A stretch of 60,913 nucleotides of DNA, counting the filler, from an uncultured bacterium (GTDB lineage: Bacteria > Latescibacterota > UBA2968), in the NCBI GenBank assembly GCA_964471275.1. It is 5 parts of 5 records of this genome, joined end to end, with 100 filler letters (N's around TTAATTAATTAA, not from the genome) between each part and the next. Parts side by side here need not be neighbours in the genome. Positions count along the whole stretch, not along the records: positions 1 to 12,344 come from CAYYGZ010000148.1; positions 12,445 to 24,773 come from CAYYGZ010000149.1; 3 more parts are not named here. The stretch is one strand, 5' to 3'. Made by a program: the position numbers and the translations under genes. Below the pieces are notes generated by a model. The model did no database searches. It was not told the origin of the DNA and was given only the letters and a program-made list of their open reading frames with translations. Positions 9,964 to 19,827 of the stretch are shown here, in pieces. Position 1 is the first letter of the stretch; each line of letters opens with the position of its first letter.

Positions 9964-12006
9964 GGCTGCTCCTCGCTCAGAAACCCGTAGTAGCGTCCCA
10001 TCCAGTAGGGCAGCAGGTAGTAGGTTCCGTCATCTTCGCGTGTCCCCTGTGTATCGCTGTCCAGGCTGTATGGATTCAGATTCCATTTTGAGGCAGGCAG
10101 TTCATCGTAGGGCAACACTCCGACTGACTGGAGTTCTCCCTTCCGCCCACGATCCGCATCGAGCCGGATATCCTGGCGATGGCTGTTGCGAACGGGCCAG
10201 TCGATCAGATCCGTCGGGATTTCGCGCAGCGTTCGTGCGGCATCCTCTGCATCGCAATCGCAACCACTCAGGGCACCATAGATGTAGTTCCACCAGGGGT
10301 TCCGCTCGGGCCGCTCGATGCCCCAGGCGTGATCCAGACTGTCGAGATAAATTTCTCGGAGTTTGGGATCCGTTTCGTACTTGATCAGGGGGTAGTAAGA
10401 GATAAAGGCCAACTCGTCATCGGAGTGATTGACGTGACCAGGAAGGGTCAGTTTCTGCCTGCGGGTGTTTTCCGCATACCCATGTTCTTCGATAAGCCGT
10501 TGATATTCTTCCTCGTAGCGATCACTGCCCGTAATGTGGTGGGCAGTCTTGAGGTGCGCCAGGATCTCGAGCGAATTGAGCCCACGCTGAGCCCGCCAGG
10601 GCCCATTCAGGTATTCGGGTGACCACACGCCCCATCGTGTCGGCTTTCCGTCCTTTCCGATAATCAGATAACCGTTGTCGACAATGTGGCCCATGATTCG
10701 GTCGACGAGAGCTACGATTCGCATCCTGCAAGCGTCATCAGCCGCCAGGTCATAGAAGATAGAATACCCGTACATATGCCCGTCGATCTCGTCGGAACTG
10801 CAGTCTCCCTTCCAGTACCAGTCGCCGTCTTCGCTCGGGTACCATTCCACGGCATCCGAACCTGTATCGTCACCCGCTTCCACGATCGCCTTGGTGGGGA
10901 ACCCGTCGACTGTTGTCACGCCCTCCAGCCACTCGATCGCGTCGAATGCCTGATTCGCCCAGGCTCGTGCTTCATCGCTGCCCGTTACCGCATACCGGTA
11001 TGATTGGGCCGCGAGATACAGGGCTGTCCACAGTCCATCATTGTCAGATGGGACGGGCACGTTTGTACCCAGATCACNNNNNNNNNNGGACCCGCGCTTG
11101 AAAGCAGGTCTCCTTCTGGGCGAGGTTCTGCTCGAGTAAATGAATGCGGCCACAGCCTTGCGCGGTCGCCACGATCAGTGTGCTGTCAGACTCCAGAACG
11201 GACCTGGTGTCATCGGATGGCAGCCACCGAGGTCCCGCGAAGTAATGCCAGCGATCAGGTGCGTGGATGCAGATGCCTGAGGATGTCGCACAGGTGATCC
11301 CGAGTTGTGTTCGGGTCACGGAATGGAGGTCCCGAACCGGGGTCGGAACGTGTCTTGGGTCGCCAGCCTGTTCCAGTTTGTAGAGGCCGTTCGATGTTGC
11401 GAAGTAGGTGACCGATCCGTCGAGATAGACATCCCGGACCTGGTGTGATTCAAGTTTGTGGCTGACGATGGACAGGTCCTGTGTCGCGATCACCACACCC
11501 GACTCGCCCGCGATCAGGATCGACGTATCCGCCTGGACGATGCGATATATCTGCTTCCCCGACGGGTAGAGGTCACTGACCACCTTCGGCTGACCGTGCA
11601 CAACCGTGTGTGGACCGGAACCGGACAGGGCCACCAGCAGGGCGTTTTCTGACGAGAGGACAGCGGTGACTGCGCCGAGGTCCCAGGTGTCAGTCAGATG
11701 CAGGGCCCACACATCGCCCGATGATCGGCTTGAGAGCGTGAGACCCGTACCCACCCAGAGCGTGCCGACGGCGTCAACTTCAAGGCATTTGATGTCCGAA
11801 CAACCAGTGGCTGTGTCACCTACGCGCTGGAATGTGCCATTCTCAAGCCTGTGTAACCCATCGGCGGTACCGAGCCAGATGATACCGTCTTCCGTTTGGG
11901 CAGCGGCGCGGATATCGTTTGGGTGTCGGCCTCCTGGCATTGTCCGGGCTTGAGCGGACTTCTGCAGGAACGGTGTGTCCTGAACCATATAACGTGGTGT
12001 CTTCAA
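9960..12006 (-). CDS. Large hypothetical protein: N-terminal beta-propeller repeats plus C-terminal helical (alpha/alpha-toroid-like) domain; apparent split is at the 10-N gap 11078-11087
   Basis: Propeller repeats (IWLGTADGL, LWVGT, YFATSNGL) in ORF 11074-12006. C-terminal ORF carries SDNDGLWT, WKGDCSSDE, NHSDDEL and YLLPYWMGRY. The frame changes only across the gap. Confidence 0.7.
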
Positions 12007-12186
12007 TGAGAGTATACTCAGGTGTTGGTCTGTGAGGACGGAGGAAAATAAGGTTCCGACCGGACGGGCGAAACAACAATGAAAGGAGCAGCCAGGGGGA
12101 CGACGTGGTTATATCCACGCCTGGCTGGTCAATCCAGCTAGGAATCATGGTCTGATCGGTGAGTTGATCGCACATGTATATGTAAT

Positions 12187-12344
12187 TGATCTGGCCCCGC
12201 TAGAATGTTACCAGTTCAAAAGTTAGGATATGGGACATAGAAAAGAGTCATCCTGGCAAGGAAGCGTTACACAGCAGAACAGATCAACAGTCATCTCCGA
12301 CAGGCTGAGATTCTGATCTCCGAGGGCAAGACTATCATCTAGGC
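12187..12344 (+). mobile_element. IS3-family left end with truncated orfA remnant at the scaffold end
   Basis: TGATCTGGCCCC terminus. 12253-12342 translates as LARKRYTAEQINSHLRQAEILISEGKTII-stop, a typical IS3 OrfA HTH N-terminus with a premature stop. Confidence 0.75.
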
Positions 12345-12444
12345 NNNNNNNNNNNNNNNNNNNNNNNNNNNNNNNNNNNNNNNNNNNNTTAATTAATTAA
12401 NNNNNNNNNNNNNNNNNNNNNNNNNNNNNNNNNNNNNNNNNNNN
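12345..12444. other. Artificial scaffold linker
   Basis: 44 N + TTAATTAATTAA (stops in all six frames) + 44 N. Confidence 0.97.
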
Positions 12445-12547
12445 CAACCCGCGTGCTCAAATTGACCTCCAGGCAGGTGTTCCACCTTGACTTGTACATC
12501 ACACATCGTGTTCATTCGTTCCCCTATCAAATGACAGGAGTTCGTCC

Positions 12548-15241
12548 ATGAGCAAAGCCAGAGCCTTCGATGAGATTGCGCGCCTACCGATGCCAGATGA
12601 CAATGTGGCCATCGCAATAGTCAATCTGAGCATGGGGACCCGGATCTTACGCGGCGAAGACGAGTATACACTAAGTCACACGCTACTCGAGGGCCACCGT
12701 TTTTCGATCGCCACCATAGAATCCGGCGGTTACCTGCTGTCCTGGGGCTTGCCGTTCGGTGTAGCGACCCGCGACATCTCGCCCGGCGAGTATGTCTGCA
12801 ACACGGGGATCATAGAGGCCCTTTCACTTCGCCATCTCGACTTCGATCTGCCAGGCTCTCCTAACTTCGAAGACCGTATCGTACCGTTTAACGTGGATGA
12901 AACCACTTTCAGACCCGGTGAACAGGTGGCCCCAACAGAAACTCCTAGATTCTTTAAGGGCTTCCGGAGAGTTCGGCGGGGTGTGGGAACACGCAATGTC
13001 ATCCTGTTGCTCGGCACATCCTCCCGGACCGGGGGCTTCGTGAAGCTGCTGGAACAGCGACTCAACCGTGTCCCTGAACGGTATCCCAACATCGACGGCA
13101 TCGTCGCGATAGCCCATACCGAGGGGGGGGAAGCAGATCGTCCCAACAACTACGAATATGTTCTACGTACACTCTCCGGCTTCTGCGTACATCCCAATGT
13201 CGGAGCGATGCTTGCCGTGGACTACGGAACCGAATCGATCACCAACGAGGACCTGTCCGCCTACATGGACCGTGAGGGCTACGCGATCGACTCACTCCCT
13301 CACGCGTTTCATCGTCTCGACCAGGGGCTGACAGAGAGCCTTGACCAGACATCGGTCATCGTAGAGAGCTGGCTTGATGAAGTGAACGCGACAGCCCGGA
13401 CCCAGGAACCGGTTGCCGAATTAAAGATCGCCCTGCAGTGCGGCGGGTCGGACGCATTCTCCGGTGTGTCTGGAAACCCATTGGCATCCTGGGTCGCTCG
13501 TGAGGTTATCCGGAACGGGGGCGCGGCCAATCTGGCCGAAACCGACGAACTGATCGGGGCGGAAGCATACGTGCTGCAGAACGTGAGGGATATTGAGACT
13601 GCGCGGCAATTTGTCCGGAAGGTAGAAGCCTACAAGGAGCTGGCCGCGTGGCACGGTACGACGGCCGAGGGAAACCCGTCAGGCGGCAATAAGTATCGAG
13701 GACTTTACAACATCGTGCTCAAGTCTATCGGCGCCGCGATGAAGCGTCATCCGGATGTGCGGCTCGATGCCGTCATCGATTACGGTCAACCGATGATCGA
13801 TCCTGGCTACTACTTCATGGACAGCCCGGGGAACGATCTCGAGAGCATCGCAGGGCAGATCGCATCCGGTTGCAACCTGGTATTCTTCGTCACAGGCAAC
13901 GGATCGATCACCAACTTCCCCTTTGTTCCTACGCTCAAGATTATCACCACCACAGGCAGATACGAGCTGTTGTCGGACGAAATGGATGTCAATGCCGGCG
14001 CATACCTGGATGGTCAGTCGATGGACGAAGTCGGATCGACATTCTTCGACCAAACGCTTCGCGTGGCTTCGGGCGAGCTGAGCAAGGGTGAAGTTGCAGA
14101 TCACTCACAGATATCGCTATGGCGAAACTGGCGTCAGACTGACGTGCGGAATCTGCAGTCGATCGAGGCGATTCCCTCACCCACAGACGAGCCCCTTGTG
14201 ATTGCGGCTCCCGCTCCTGCACTTACTCACAGATACGACGCCAGAACCGGCGCTGACGGCGAACCTGCCAGCGACGCGATTGGTCTGCTGCTGCCAACGA
14301 GCCTGTGTTCCGGCCAGATCGCGCAGAAGTGCGCAGACACGCTGAACCAGAAACAGATCGGTATCCCCACTTCATTGAGTCGCTACGCCGCGCTGGTCCA
14401 CACGGAGGGCTGTGGTGTCGCGGGCGAAGAGAATGAGCGCATCTTCACGCGGGCGATGCTAAATTATCTCATCCATCCGTCAGTTCGCTATGCCTTCATT
14501 ATGGAGCACGGGTGCGAGAAAACGCACAACGACTTCATCCAACACCACTTGGAGAGCAACGGCCTTCACTTGGAGCAATTTGGGTGGGCAAGTATCCAGA
14601 TGGATGGCGGGATTGACAACGTCCTGCAGATGGCTGAGGCGTGGTTTACGGCAAGGATCGGGCAAGAAGAGTCTTCGACGACGACCAGCGAACCGCTCTC
14701 CCGGCTTCGGATTGGGATTGCCAGCGAAGGGACCGTGACCGAACGGTCCGGAGGATGCGTGGGCGAGTTGACAAACCGACTCATCAGTGATGGCGGCACC
14801 GTCATCATACCGGCGGGTGATGGACTGTGGGCGAGCGATGCCTATCTACAATCGACGGTGGGATCCTACGACGGGCGATCCACCCTCGCACACGGCGGGC
14901 GTCCCAAAGTTGCCGGATTGCACGCGATGGAGAACCCAACCAGCCACTGGGTCGAGACCCTCACAGGACTTGCCGCGGCCGGCACGGACATCATCCTTGC
15001 CCTGCCTGGCGATCATTCGCTCCAGGGCCATCCACTGGTGCCCGTACTACAAATCGCTGACGACCGCGTTACTGCCGTCTATCGCGCGGATGTAGATCTC
15101 GCACTAGACGCATGCGTCGGGGTCGAGCAGCTCGCGCAGCTGATTGCAGACGCCGCATCGGGTAGATGCACCACGAAGATGGGTATGCTTGGAAACACAG
15201 ATTTCCAGTTCACGCGGGGTCTGCTTGGCGTCAGTATGTAG
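12548..15241 (+). CDS. UxaA/GarD-family (altronate/galactarate) dehydratase with SAF domain and a duplicated C-terminal module, 897 aa
   Basis: DNVAIA SAF start, GVGTRN, HTEGG, HPNVGA, LQCGGSDAFSGVSGNP, GNPSGGN, FMDSPGND and FTGNGS-like motifs. A second HTEGCG...HP..EHGCEK module follows. Confidence 0.88.
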   Translation: MSKARAFDEIARLPMPDDNVAIAIVNLSMGTRILRGEDEYTLSHTLLEGHRFSIATIESGGYLLSWGLPFGVATRDISPGEYVCNTGIIEALSLRHLDFDLPGSPNFEDRIVPFNVDETTFRPGEQVAPTETPRFFKGFRRVRRGVGTRNVILLLGTSSRTGGFVKLLEQRLNRVPERYPNIDGIVAIAHTEGGEADRPNNYEYVLRTLSGFCVHPNVGAMLAVDYGTESITNEDLSAYMDREGYAIDSLPHAFHRLDQGLTESLDQTSVIVESWLDEVNATARTQEPVAELKIALQCGGSDAFSGVSGNPLASWVAREVIRNGGAANLAETDELIGAEAYVLQNVRDIETARQFVRKVEAYKELAAWHGTTAEGNPSGGNKYRGLYNIVLKSIGAAMKRHPDVRLDAVIDYGQPMIDPGYYFMDSPGNDLESIAGQIASGCNLVFFVTGNGSITNFPFVPTLKIITTTGRYELLSDEMDVNAGAYLDGQSMDEVGSTFFDQTLRVASGELSKGEVADHSQISLWRNWRQTDVRNLQSIEAIPSPTDEPLVIAAPAPALTHRYDARTGADGEPASDAIGLLLPTSLCSGQIAQKCADTLNQKQIGIPTSLSRYAALVHTEGCGVAGEENERIFTRAMLNYLIHPSVRYAFIMEHGCEKTHNDFIQHHLESNGLHLEQFGWASIQMDGGIDNVLQMAEAWFTARIGQEESSTTTSEPLSRLRIGIASEGTVTERSGGCVGELTNRLISDGGTVIIPAGDGLWASDAYLQSTVGSYDGRSTLAHGGRPKVAGLHAMENPTSHWVETLTGLAAAGTDIILALPGDHSLQGHPLVPVLQIADDRVTAVYRADVDLALDACVGVEQLAQLIADAASGRCTTKMGMLGNTDFQFTRGLLGVSM

Positions 15242-15498
15242 TTGACATCGTCCGGTGCTAAAGGAAGGGGGTCTGTCTCGCTAACGGACCAGCCCCCCTT
15301 CTACATCAACCCGTGTGTATGATCCTGAGATTCCGCTTTGCCGTCCCCGAAGCTTTTATCTGGCAGGCGACAGAGTCGAGGGCTGTCCCTTTCCGTAGGA
15401 CCGAAACGCGATTCTCCCTCCACCTTCCGACCAAGCCTTGGCGGGGCAAGCCGATGTGAAGGTGNNNNNNNNNNCAAGCCCGGCCAAGCCCCTCTCTC

Positions 15499-15792
15499 CT
15501 AGCCTTCCGATTCACCGATCCAGTTCTGCAGGGCTTCAACGACTTTCTTGGCCTGGTCTATACTCGAGATATTGAACTTGCTGCGGTAGGCGTATTCGCC
15601 ATCGCGCTTCTGAAACCGGCGGATCGTCACCTTCTTCGGCCCGTAGTCCTCCTTTGCCCGATCAAAATCCTGATACAGAAACATAACGGTCGCCCAGGCG
15701 CCCTTTGTCAGGACATACATGTCGAGCTCTTTGACCTTCAGGACGCCATCTTCTTCGTAGTTCGCAGTCAGTTCTTCTACCGTTTCTGCCAC
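15499..15792 (-). CDS. Hypothetical protein, 97 aa (possible PC4-like fold)
   Basis: GGAGG RBS with GTG start and natural codon usage. C-terminal IRRFQKRDGEY..RSKFNISSIDQAKKVVEAL. Confidence 0.75.
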   Translation of the reverse strand: MAETVEELTANYEEDGVLKVKELDMYVLTKGAWATVMFLYQDFDRAKEDYGPKKVTIRRFQKRDGEYAYRSKFNISSIDQAKKVVEALQNWIGESEG

Positions 15793-15812
15793 ATCACCCT
15801 CCTTCTTTCGCG

Positions 15813-17732
15813 TCAGTTCTTGATGTAGAGTTGCTCGTGCATGACGGCTCGCATGCCGCGATATACGTCAGACAGTAAGATTTTCCGTGGTGCATTGCCG
15901 ATCCTGCTGTTGTACCCCCAGGGGCTGAAGGCCGCCCCTACAACGATCACGGGTACGTTCTCCGAGTGAAGCTCACGAGCGCGGTTCATGTGTTGTCGAA
16001 CTCGCGTCGTGTCTATCGTAATCAGTGTCTCCAGGATTTCACTCGTTGCTTCGCGCAGCCAGACCGGGCCGACATCCGAGGCATTACGATGCCAGAAAGG
16101 CACTGTATCCCCCATGATCGCCCAATCGTTCAGCCGGCCCAGTGGATCTGCTGGCCCTTCGAATCCCCAATGATGGATATCAAATTCGCCGTTCACCCGC
16201 CTGGGCCATATGATGTCTCTCAAACCGATGTTCAGGTGAACCTTTACCCCAACGGACTCCCAATGGGACTTGACGAGTTCACACACGTCACTGGTTCCCG
16301 TTCCCGAGATGTCGATCGTCATCTCGAAGACTGTCCCATCCTCGAAGACGCGGAAATCTCTGTCCTCAGGCCAGACATAGCCGGCCTCGTCGAGAAGGGC
16401 ATTCGCTATGGCAGGATCGTAGGATGCATAGCGCTTGTAGTCAGATTCATCAAAGAATGGGTTAGACCTACCGAATGCATACCCGCTCGGCTCCAACCAT
16501 CCGCCGTAGACAATCTCTGAGATTTCCTCTCGGTTGATCGCGTGCGAGAGGGCGATGCGAACCCGCCTGTCCCGGAAAGCGTTTCGCAGAGCGTCCTTCT
16601 CTGCATCCCAGTTCAGGTAGAAAGCGGGACCGCTGTCTGGTCCGGACAGCCCGAGTACGAACCGGCCCTTCTTTTCCTGAACCTTCAGGGTCTCGAACAT
16701 CTCGATCCTGGAATACCGACCAAACAGATCAAGCTCGCCATTAATGAATTTGAGCATGATCACCTGCTGATCCTGTACCACCGTGAAGATCAGACGGTCA
16801 CAATAGGGCAACTGGTTGCCAGCTGTATCGACCTTCCAATAGTACGGATTTCGCTCGAATATTAGGCGCTGCCCTCGCTTCCAGCCTGTCGGCATCCACG
16901 GTGAAAGCACGGGAGTGCCTGGTCTATACAGCCGCTGCGCAACGGTCGTACTGTCTCGCCACGTCTGATAGTCGGCCTCCGGGTTGTATCGAGGATGCCA
17001 CTTCTTGTAGAAATGCTTGGGGAGAGCGACTTCCGTCGTTGTGAACGCATAGAGAACCCGACCAAGCGGATACTTCGACTCGATCCGCAGTGTCGTGTCA
17101 TCTACCCTTGCCATCCTGATCGGCTGACCCTCCACGATCCACACGGTCGGGGGCAACGCATTATCTCGTGCGTTCTCATCCAACTGAAGGTCGTAGTACC
17201 AGAACAGGATATCGTCGACGGTGAGGGGATGTCCATCTGACCACTTGATCCCCTTCCGGATCTTGAAGAGTGCTACACGTCCATCTTCCTGATACTCATG
17301 ACTCTCGGCGAGACTGTATACAAGCCCCGTCGGCATGGGCCGGACATATGACATCAGATTCTCGCCGAGCGCCTTGCTTACACCAGCGGTCTGCACGATG
17401 TCACCGGTCAACGCACGGCGCAGTGTACCACCGTAGTTACCGATCTGACGCAGCGGCCGGATCACGTGTGGGTTGTCCGGCAGCCGCCCGGACACCGGCG
17501 GAAGATCTCCTGCCGCAACACGCTTGGTCAGTACCGGTGCTTCGGTAAAACTACGATCTCGCAGGATATTCTCTGACAGCTCAAGCGGAGAGGCGTTGGT
17601 ATCATCGCGAATCCTGACGGACTCGGACACATCAACAGCGGAGGGTTCGGCGTGCTTCGGGTCTGACGGCAGGCAGGCCATCAGACCCAGAAGCACGAAG
17701 AAGATGCAGGCAGACTTCCAGGTAGGCTTCAC
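15813..17732 (-). CDS. ABC transporter substrate-binding lipoprotein, family 5 (oligopeptide/oligosaccharide type)
   Basis: Lipobox LMAC, GDLPPVSGRLP, YGGTLRR, IRKGIKWSDGHPLTVDDILF, RNPYYWKVD..GNQLPY and ALSHAINREEI. Confidence 0.9.
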   Translation of the reverse strand: MKPTWKSACIFFVLLGLMACLPSDPKHAEPSAVDVSESVRIRDDTNASPLELSENILRDRSFTEAPVLTKRVAAGDLPPVSGRLPDNPHVIRPLRQIGNYGGTLRRALTGDIVQTAGVSKALGENLMSYVRPMPTGLVYSLAESHEYQEDGRVALFKIRKGIKWSDGHPLTVDDILFWYYDLQLDENARDNALPPTVWIVEGQPIRMARVDDTTLRIESKYPLGRVLYAFTTTEVALPKHFYKKWHPRYNPEADYQTWRDSTTVAQRLYRPGTPVLSPWMPTGWKRGQRLIFERNPYYWKVDTAGNQLPYCDRLIFTVVQDQQVIMLKFINGELDLFGRYSRIEMFETLKVQEKKGRFVLGLSGPDSGPAFYLNWDAEKDALRNAFRDRRVRIALSHAINREEISEIVYGGWLEPSGYAFGRSNPFFDESDYKRYASYDPAIANALLDEAGYVWPEDRDFRVFEDGTVFEMTIDISGTGTSDVCELVKSHWESVGVKVHLNIGLRDIIWPRRVNGEFDIHHWGFEGPADPLGRLNDWAIMGDTVPFWHRNASDVGPVWLREATSEILETLITIDTTRVRQHMNRARELHSENVPVIVVGAAFSPWGYNSRIGNAPRKILLSDVYRGMRAVMHEQLYIKN

Positions 17733-17735
17733 GAA

Positions 17736-18788
17736 CTAGATGGTTACCGTCTGTCCCGTGCGACCGGCCTCGAAAATAGAGGTGATGATCTCAACGGCGT
17801 GTTTTGCACTATCCAGCCCAATCATGGGATCACGATCTTCCTGGATGGCACTCGCCATGTCTTCGACGATCAGTGTGTGACCATCCGAACTCACAGCCAT
17901 GGGATCTGCTGAAATGCCTTGCTCCTTGTCTTTCGGCCCGAACCTGGAGAGCATTTCCTTCTCTTCATCTGCCTCGTTGTCGCCCTGGATCTTCCAAGCC
18001 AGCAGTTTGCTCGCATCCTTCATGATCGAGCCCTTGGTTCCGTAGATCGTGATCAGCTGATCATACCCGGGGTAGCAGCACGTCGTCGTGTAGATCGTGC
18101 CAAGTGCTCCGTTCGCAAATTTGAGCAAGGCGACGGTCTGGTCCTCGGCCTCGATGTCGTGCCCGAACACACCGAACATTCCGTTAACCTGCTCGACGCG
18201 TCCTCCCAACCACTGAATCAGGTCAACAGTATGAACTCCCTGATTCATTAACGAGCCACCGCCATCCATGTCCCACGTGCCTTTCCAGGTGCCGTGCGCA
18301 CCCTCGTAGTAGCTCTGCTTGCGATACCACGGCAAGTGACCGTGGATGCCGATCAGTTTTCCCAGCCTCCCACTCGTGATGGCATCTCGAACCGCGTTGT
18401 TCAGCGGGTCCAGCCTGGCCTGAAAAATGCAACCGACCTTTACTCCGTGCTTCTCGCCCGCCTCGCGCAATTGGTCGATCTTCGCCGGCTGGATGTCTGC
18501 AGGCTTCTCAACGATGATATGCTTGCCAGCTTCGATCGCCATGATGCCCATATCGGTGTGCATTCCGGATGGAACGGCCACGTTGACACAGGTAATTTCC
18601 GGGTCGTTAAGCATTTCATCAAAACTGACATAGGCCCGACAGCTGTAGTCTTCTTTGCCTTTCTCAAGACGCTCTTCGTCGAGGTCGCAGACAGCGATCA
18701 GCTTGGTTCCTCTTGCTTCAATGATTGATCGGCAGTGATGCTTACCCATACCGAGCCCAACGACAGCAAAACCTACTTCATCCGCCAT
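17736..18788 (-). CDS. Gfo/Idh/MocA family oxidoreductase
   Basis: FAVVGLGMG, GKHIIVEKP and GGGSLMNQGVHTVD motifs. Confidence 0.92.
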   Translation of the reverse strand: MADEVGFAVVGLGMGKHHCRSIIEARGTKLIAVCDLDEERLEKGKEDYSCRAYVSFDEMLNDPEITCVNVAVPSGMHTDMGIMAIEAGKHIIVEKPADIQPAKIDQLREAGEKHGVKVGCIFQARLDPLNNAVRDAITSGRLGKLIGIHGHLPWYRKQSYYEGAHGTWKGTWDMDGGGSLMNQGVHTVDLIQWLGGRVEQVNGMFGVFGHDIEAEDQTVALLKFANGALGTIYTTTCCYPGYDQLITIYGTKGSIMKDASKLLAWKIQGDNEADEEKEMLSRFGPKDKEQGISADPMAVSSDGHTLIVEDMASAIQEDRDPMIGLDSAKHAVEIITSIFEAGRTGQTVTI

Positions 18789-18969
18789 ATCTACTCCATT
18801 CCGTAAACAGAATCATCGTTTCGTTCGCAGTTTGGCCATTCGGAGGCGGCAATGTAAAAGGATTGATCTCCTCCCGCAAGCACCAGTCGCCGGTATCGGC
18901 TAAACCCGCTTGACAACCCGTTGTCCGGGATATAGTTAAGGTGAAATCGTCAACCCGAAAGGACTGACC

Positions 18970-19827
18970 ATGGCACCTGAAATGATCGCTGACTATGCCT
19001 GCAAGACGGGCGAAGGTCCGCTCTGGCATCCCCAGGAGAAACGTCTCTACTGGGTCGACATCCCAAACGGGAGGTTATTCCGCTACGATCCTGCATCGGG
19101 GGAACACGAGATGTGCTACGAGGGTGACCCGATCGGTGGTTTTACAATTCAGAAGGACGGGAAGCTGTTGCTGTTCATGGCCGAAGGCGCCGTTCGCCTC
19201 TGGAATGACGGTGAGCTCACAACGCTCATCGCTTCCCTGCCGCACGAACGCGATTCCCGCTTCAACGATGTTATGGCGGACCCGGAGGGACGTGTCTTCT
19301 GCGGTACGATGCCGAGTCCCGATCATCTGGGTCGCCTGTATCGGCTGGATACCGACGGATCGATCACCGAGGTTCTGGATGAGATCGGATGTTCGAACGG
19401 AATGGGCTTCTCCCTGGATCTGAAATCGATGTACTACACCGACTCCCGGGCCAAACAGATCTATCTCTTCGACTACGATCAGGCTACAGGCGAGATCGCG
19501 AACCAGCGTATCTTCGCGGACAGCAGCGACGAAGAGGGTGTCCCGGACGGGATGACAGTGGACGCACTGGGCTACGTCTGGTCCGCCGGTTGGGATCGGG
19601 GATGCCTGACGCGCATCTCGTTCGACGGTATCGAAGAGCGCCGGGTCTCGTTTCCCGCACGCAAGGTATCGTGTGTGACCTTTGGCGGCGAAGACTATAC
19701 GGATATGTATGTCACCACCGCCGGAGGGGACCAGAAGGAGAAGGACGGCGAGGGGGCCGGGGCTCTCTACCGGATCAACCTGGGCATCCGCGGGATCGAA
19801 GAGCACTACTCCCGCGTGGGACTCTGA
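18970..19827 (+). CDS. SMP-30/gluconolactonase/LRE family sugar lactonase
   Basis: GEGPLW, LYWVDI, RFND..ADPEGR, SNGMGFS, PDGMTVD and TFGG motifs. Confidence 0.93.
   Translation: MAPEMIADYACKTGEGPLWHPQEKRLYWVDIPNGRLFRYDPASGEHEMCYEGDPIGGFTIQKDGKLLLFMAEGAVRLWNDGELTTLIASLPHERDSRFNDVMADPEGRVFCGTMPSPDHLGRLYRLDTDGSITEVLDEIGCSNGMGFSLDLKSMYYTDSRAKQIYLFDYDQATGEIANQRIFADSSDEEGVPDGMTVDALGYVWSAGWDRGCLTRISFDGIEERRVSFPARKVSCVTFGGEDYTDMYVTTAGGDQKEKDGEGAGALYRINLGIRGIEEHYSRVGL

Noticed and set aside
11078..11087. Frameshifts in the propeller protein and the heparinase-like gene (30462-30471)
   Set aside because: The frame changes coincide with 10-N placeholder gaps of unknown true length.
12389..12400. Recurring TTAATTAATTAA motif as a biological repeat
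   Set aside because: Always centred in N runs of fixed length. It is a six-frame-stop concatenation linker.
19389..19826. 384-aa SRAP ORF with a long N-terminal extension
   Set aside because: The extension overlaps the lactonase gene out of frame, and SRAP needs Cys at position 2, so the start is 19827.
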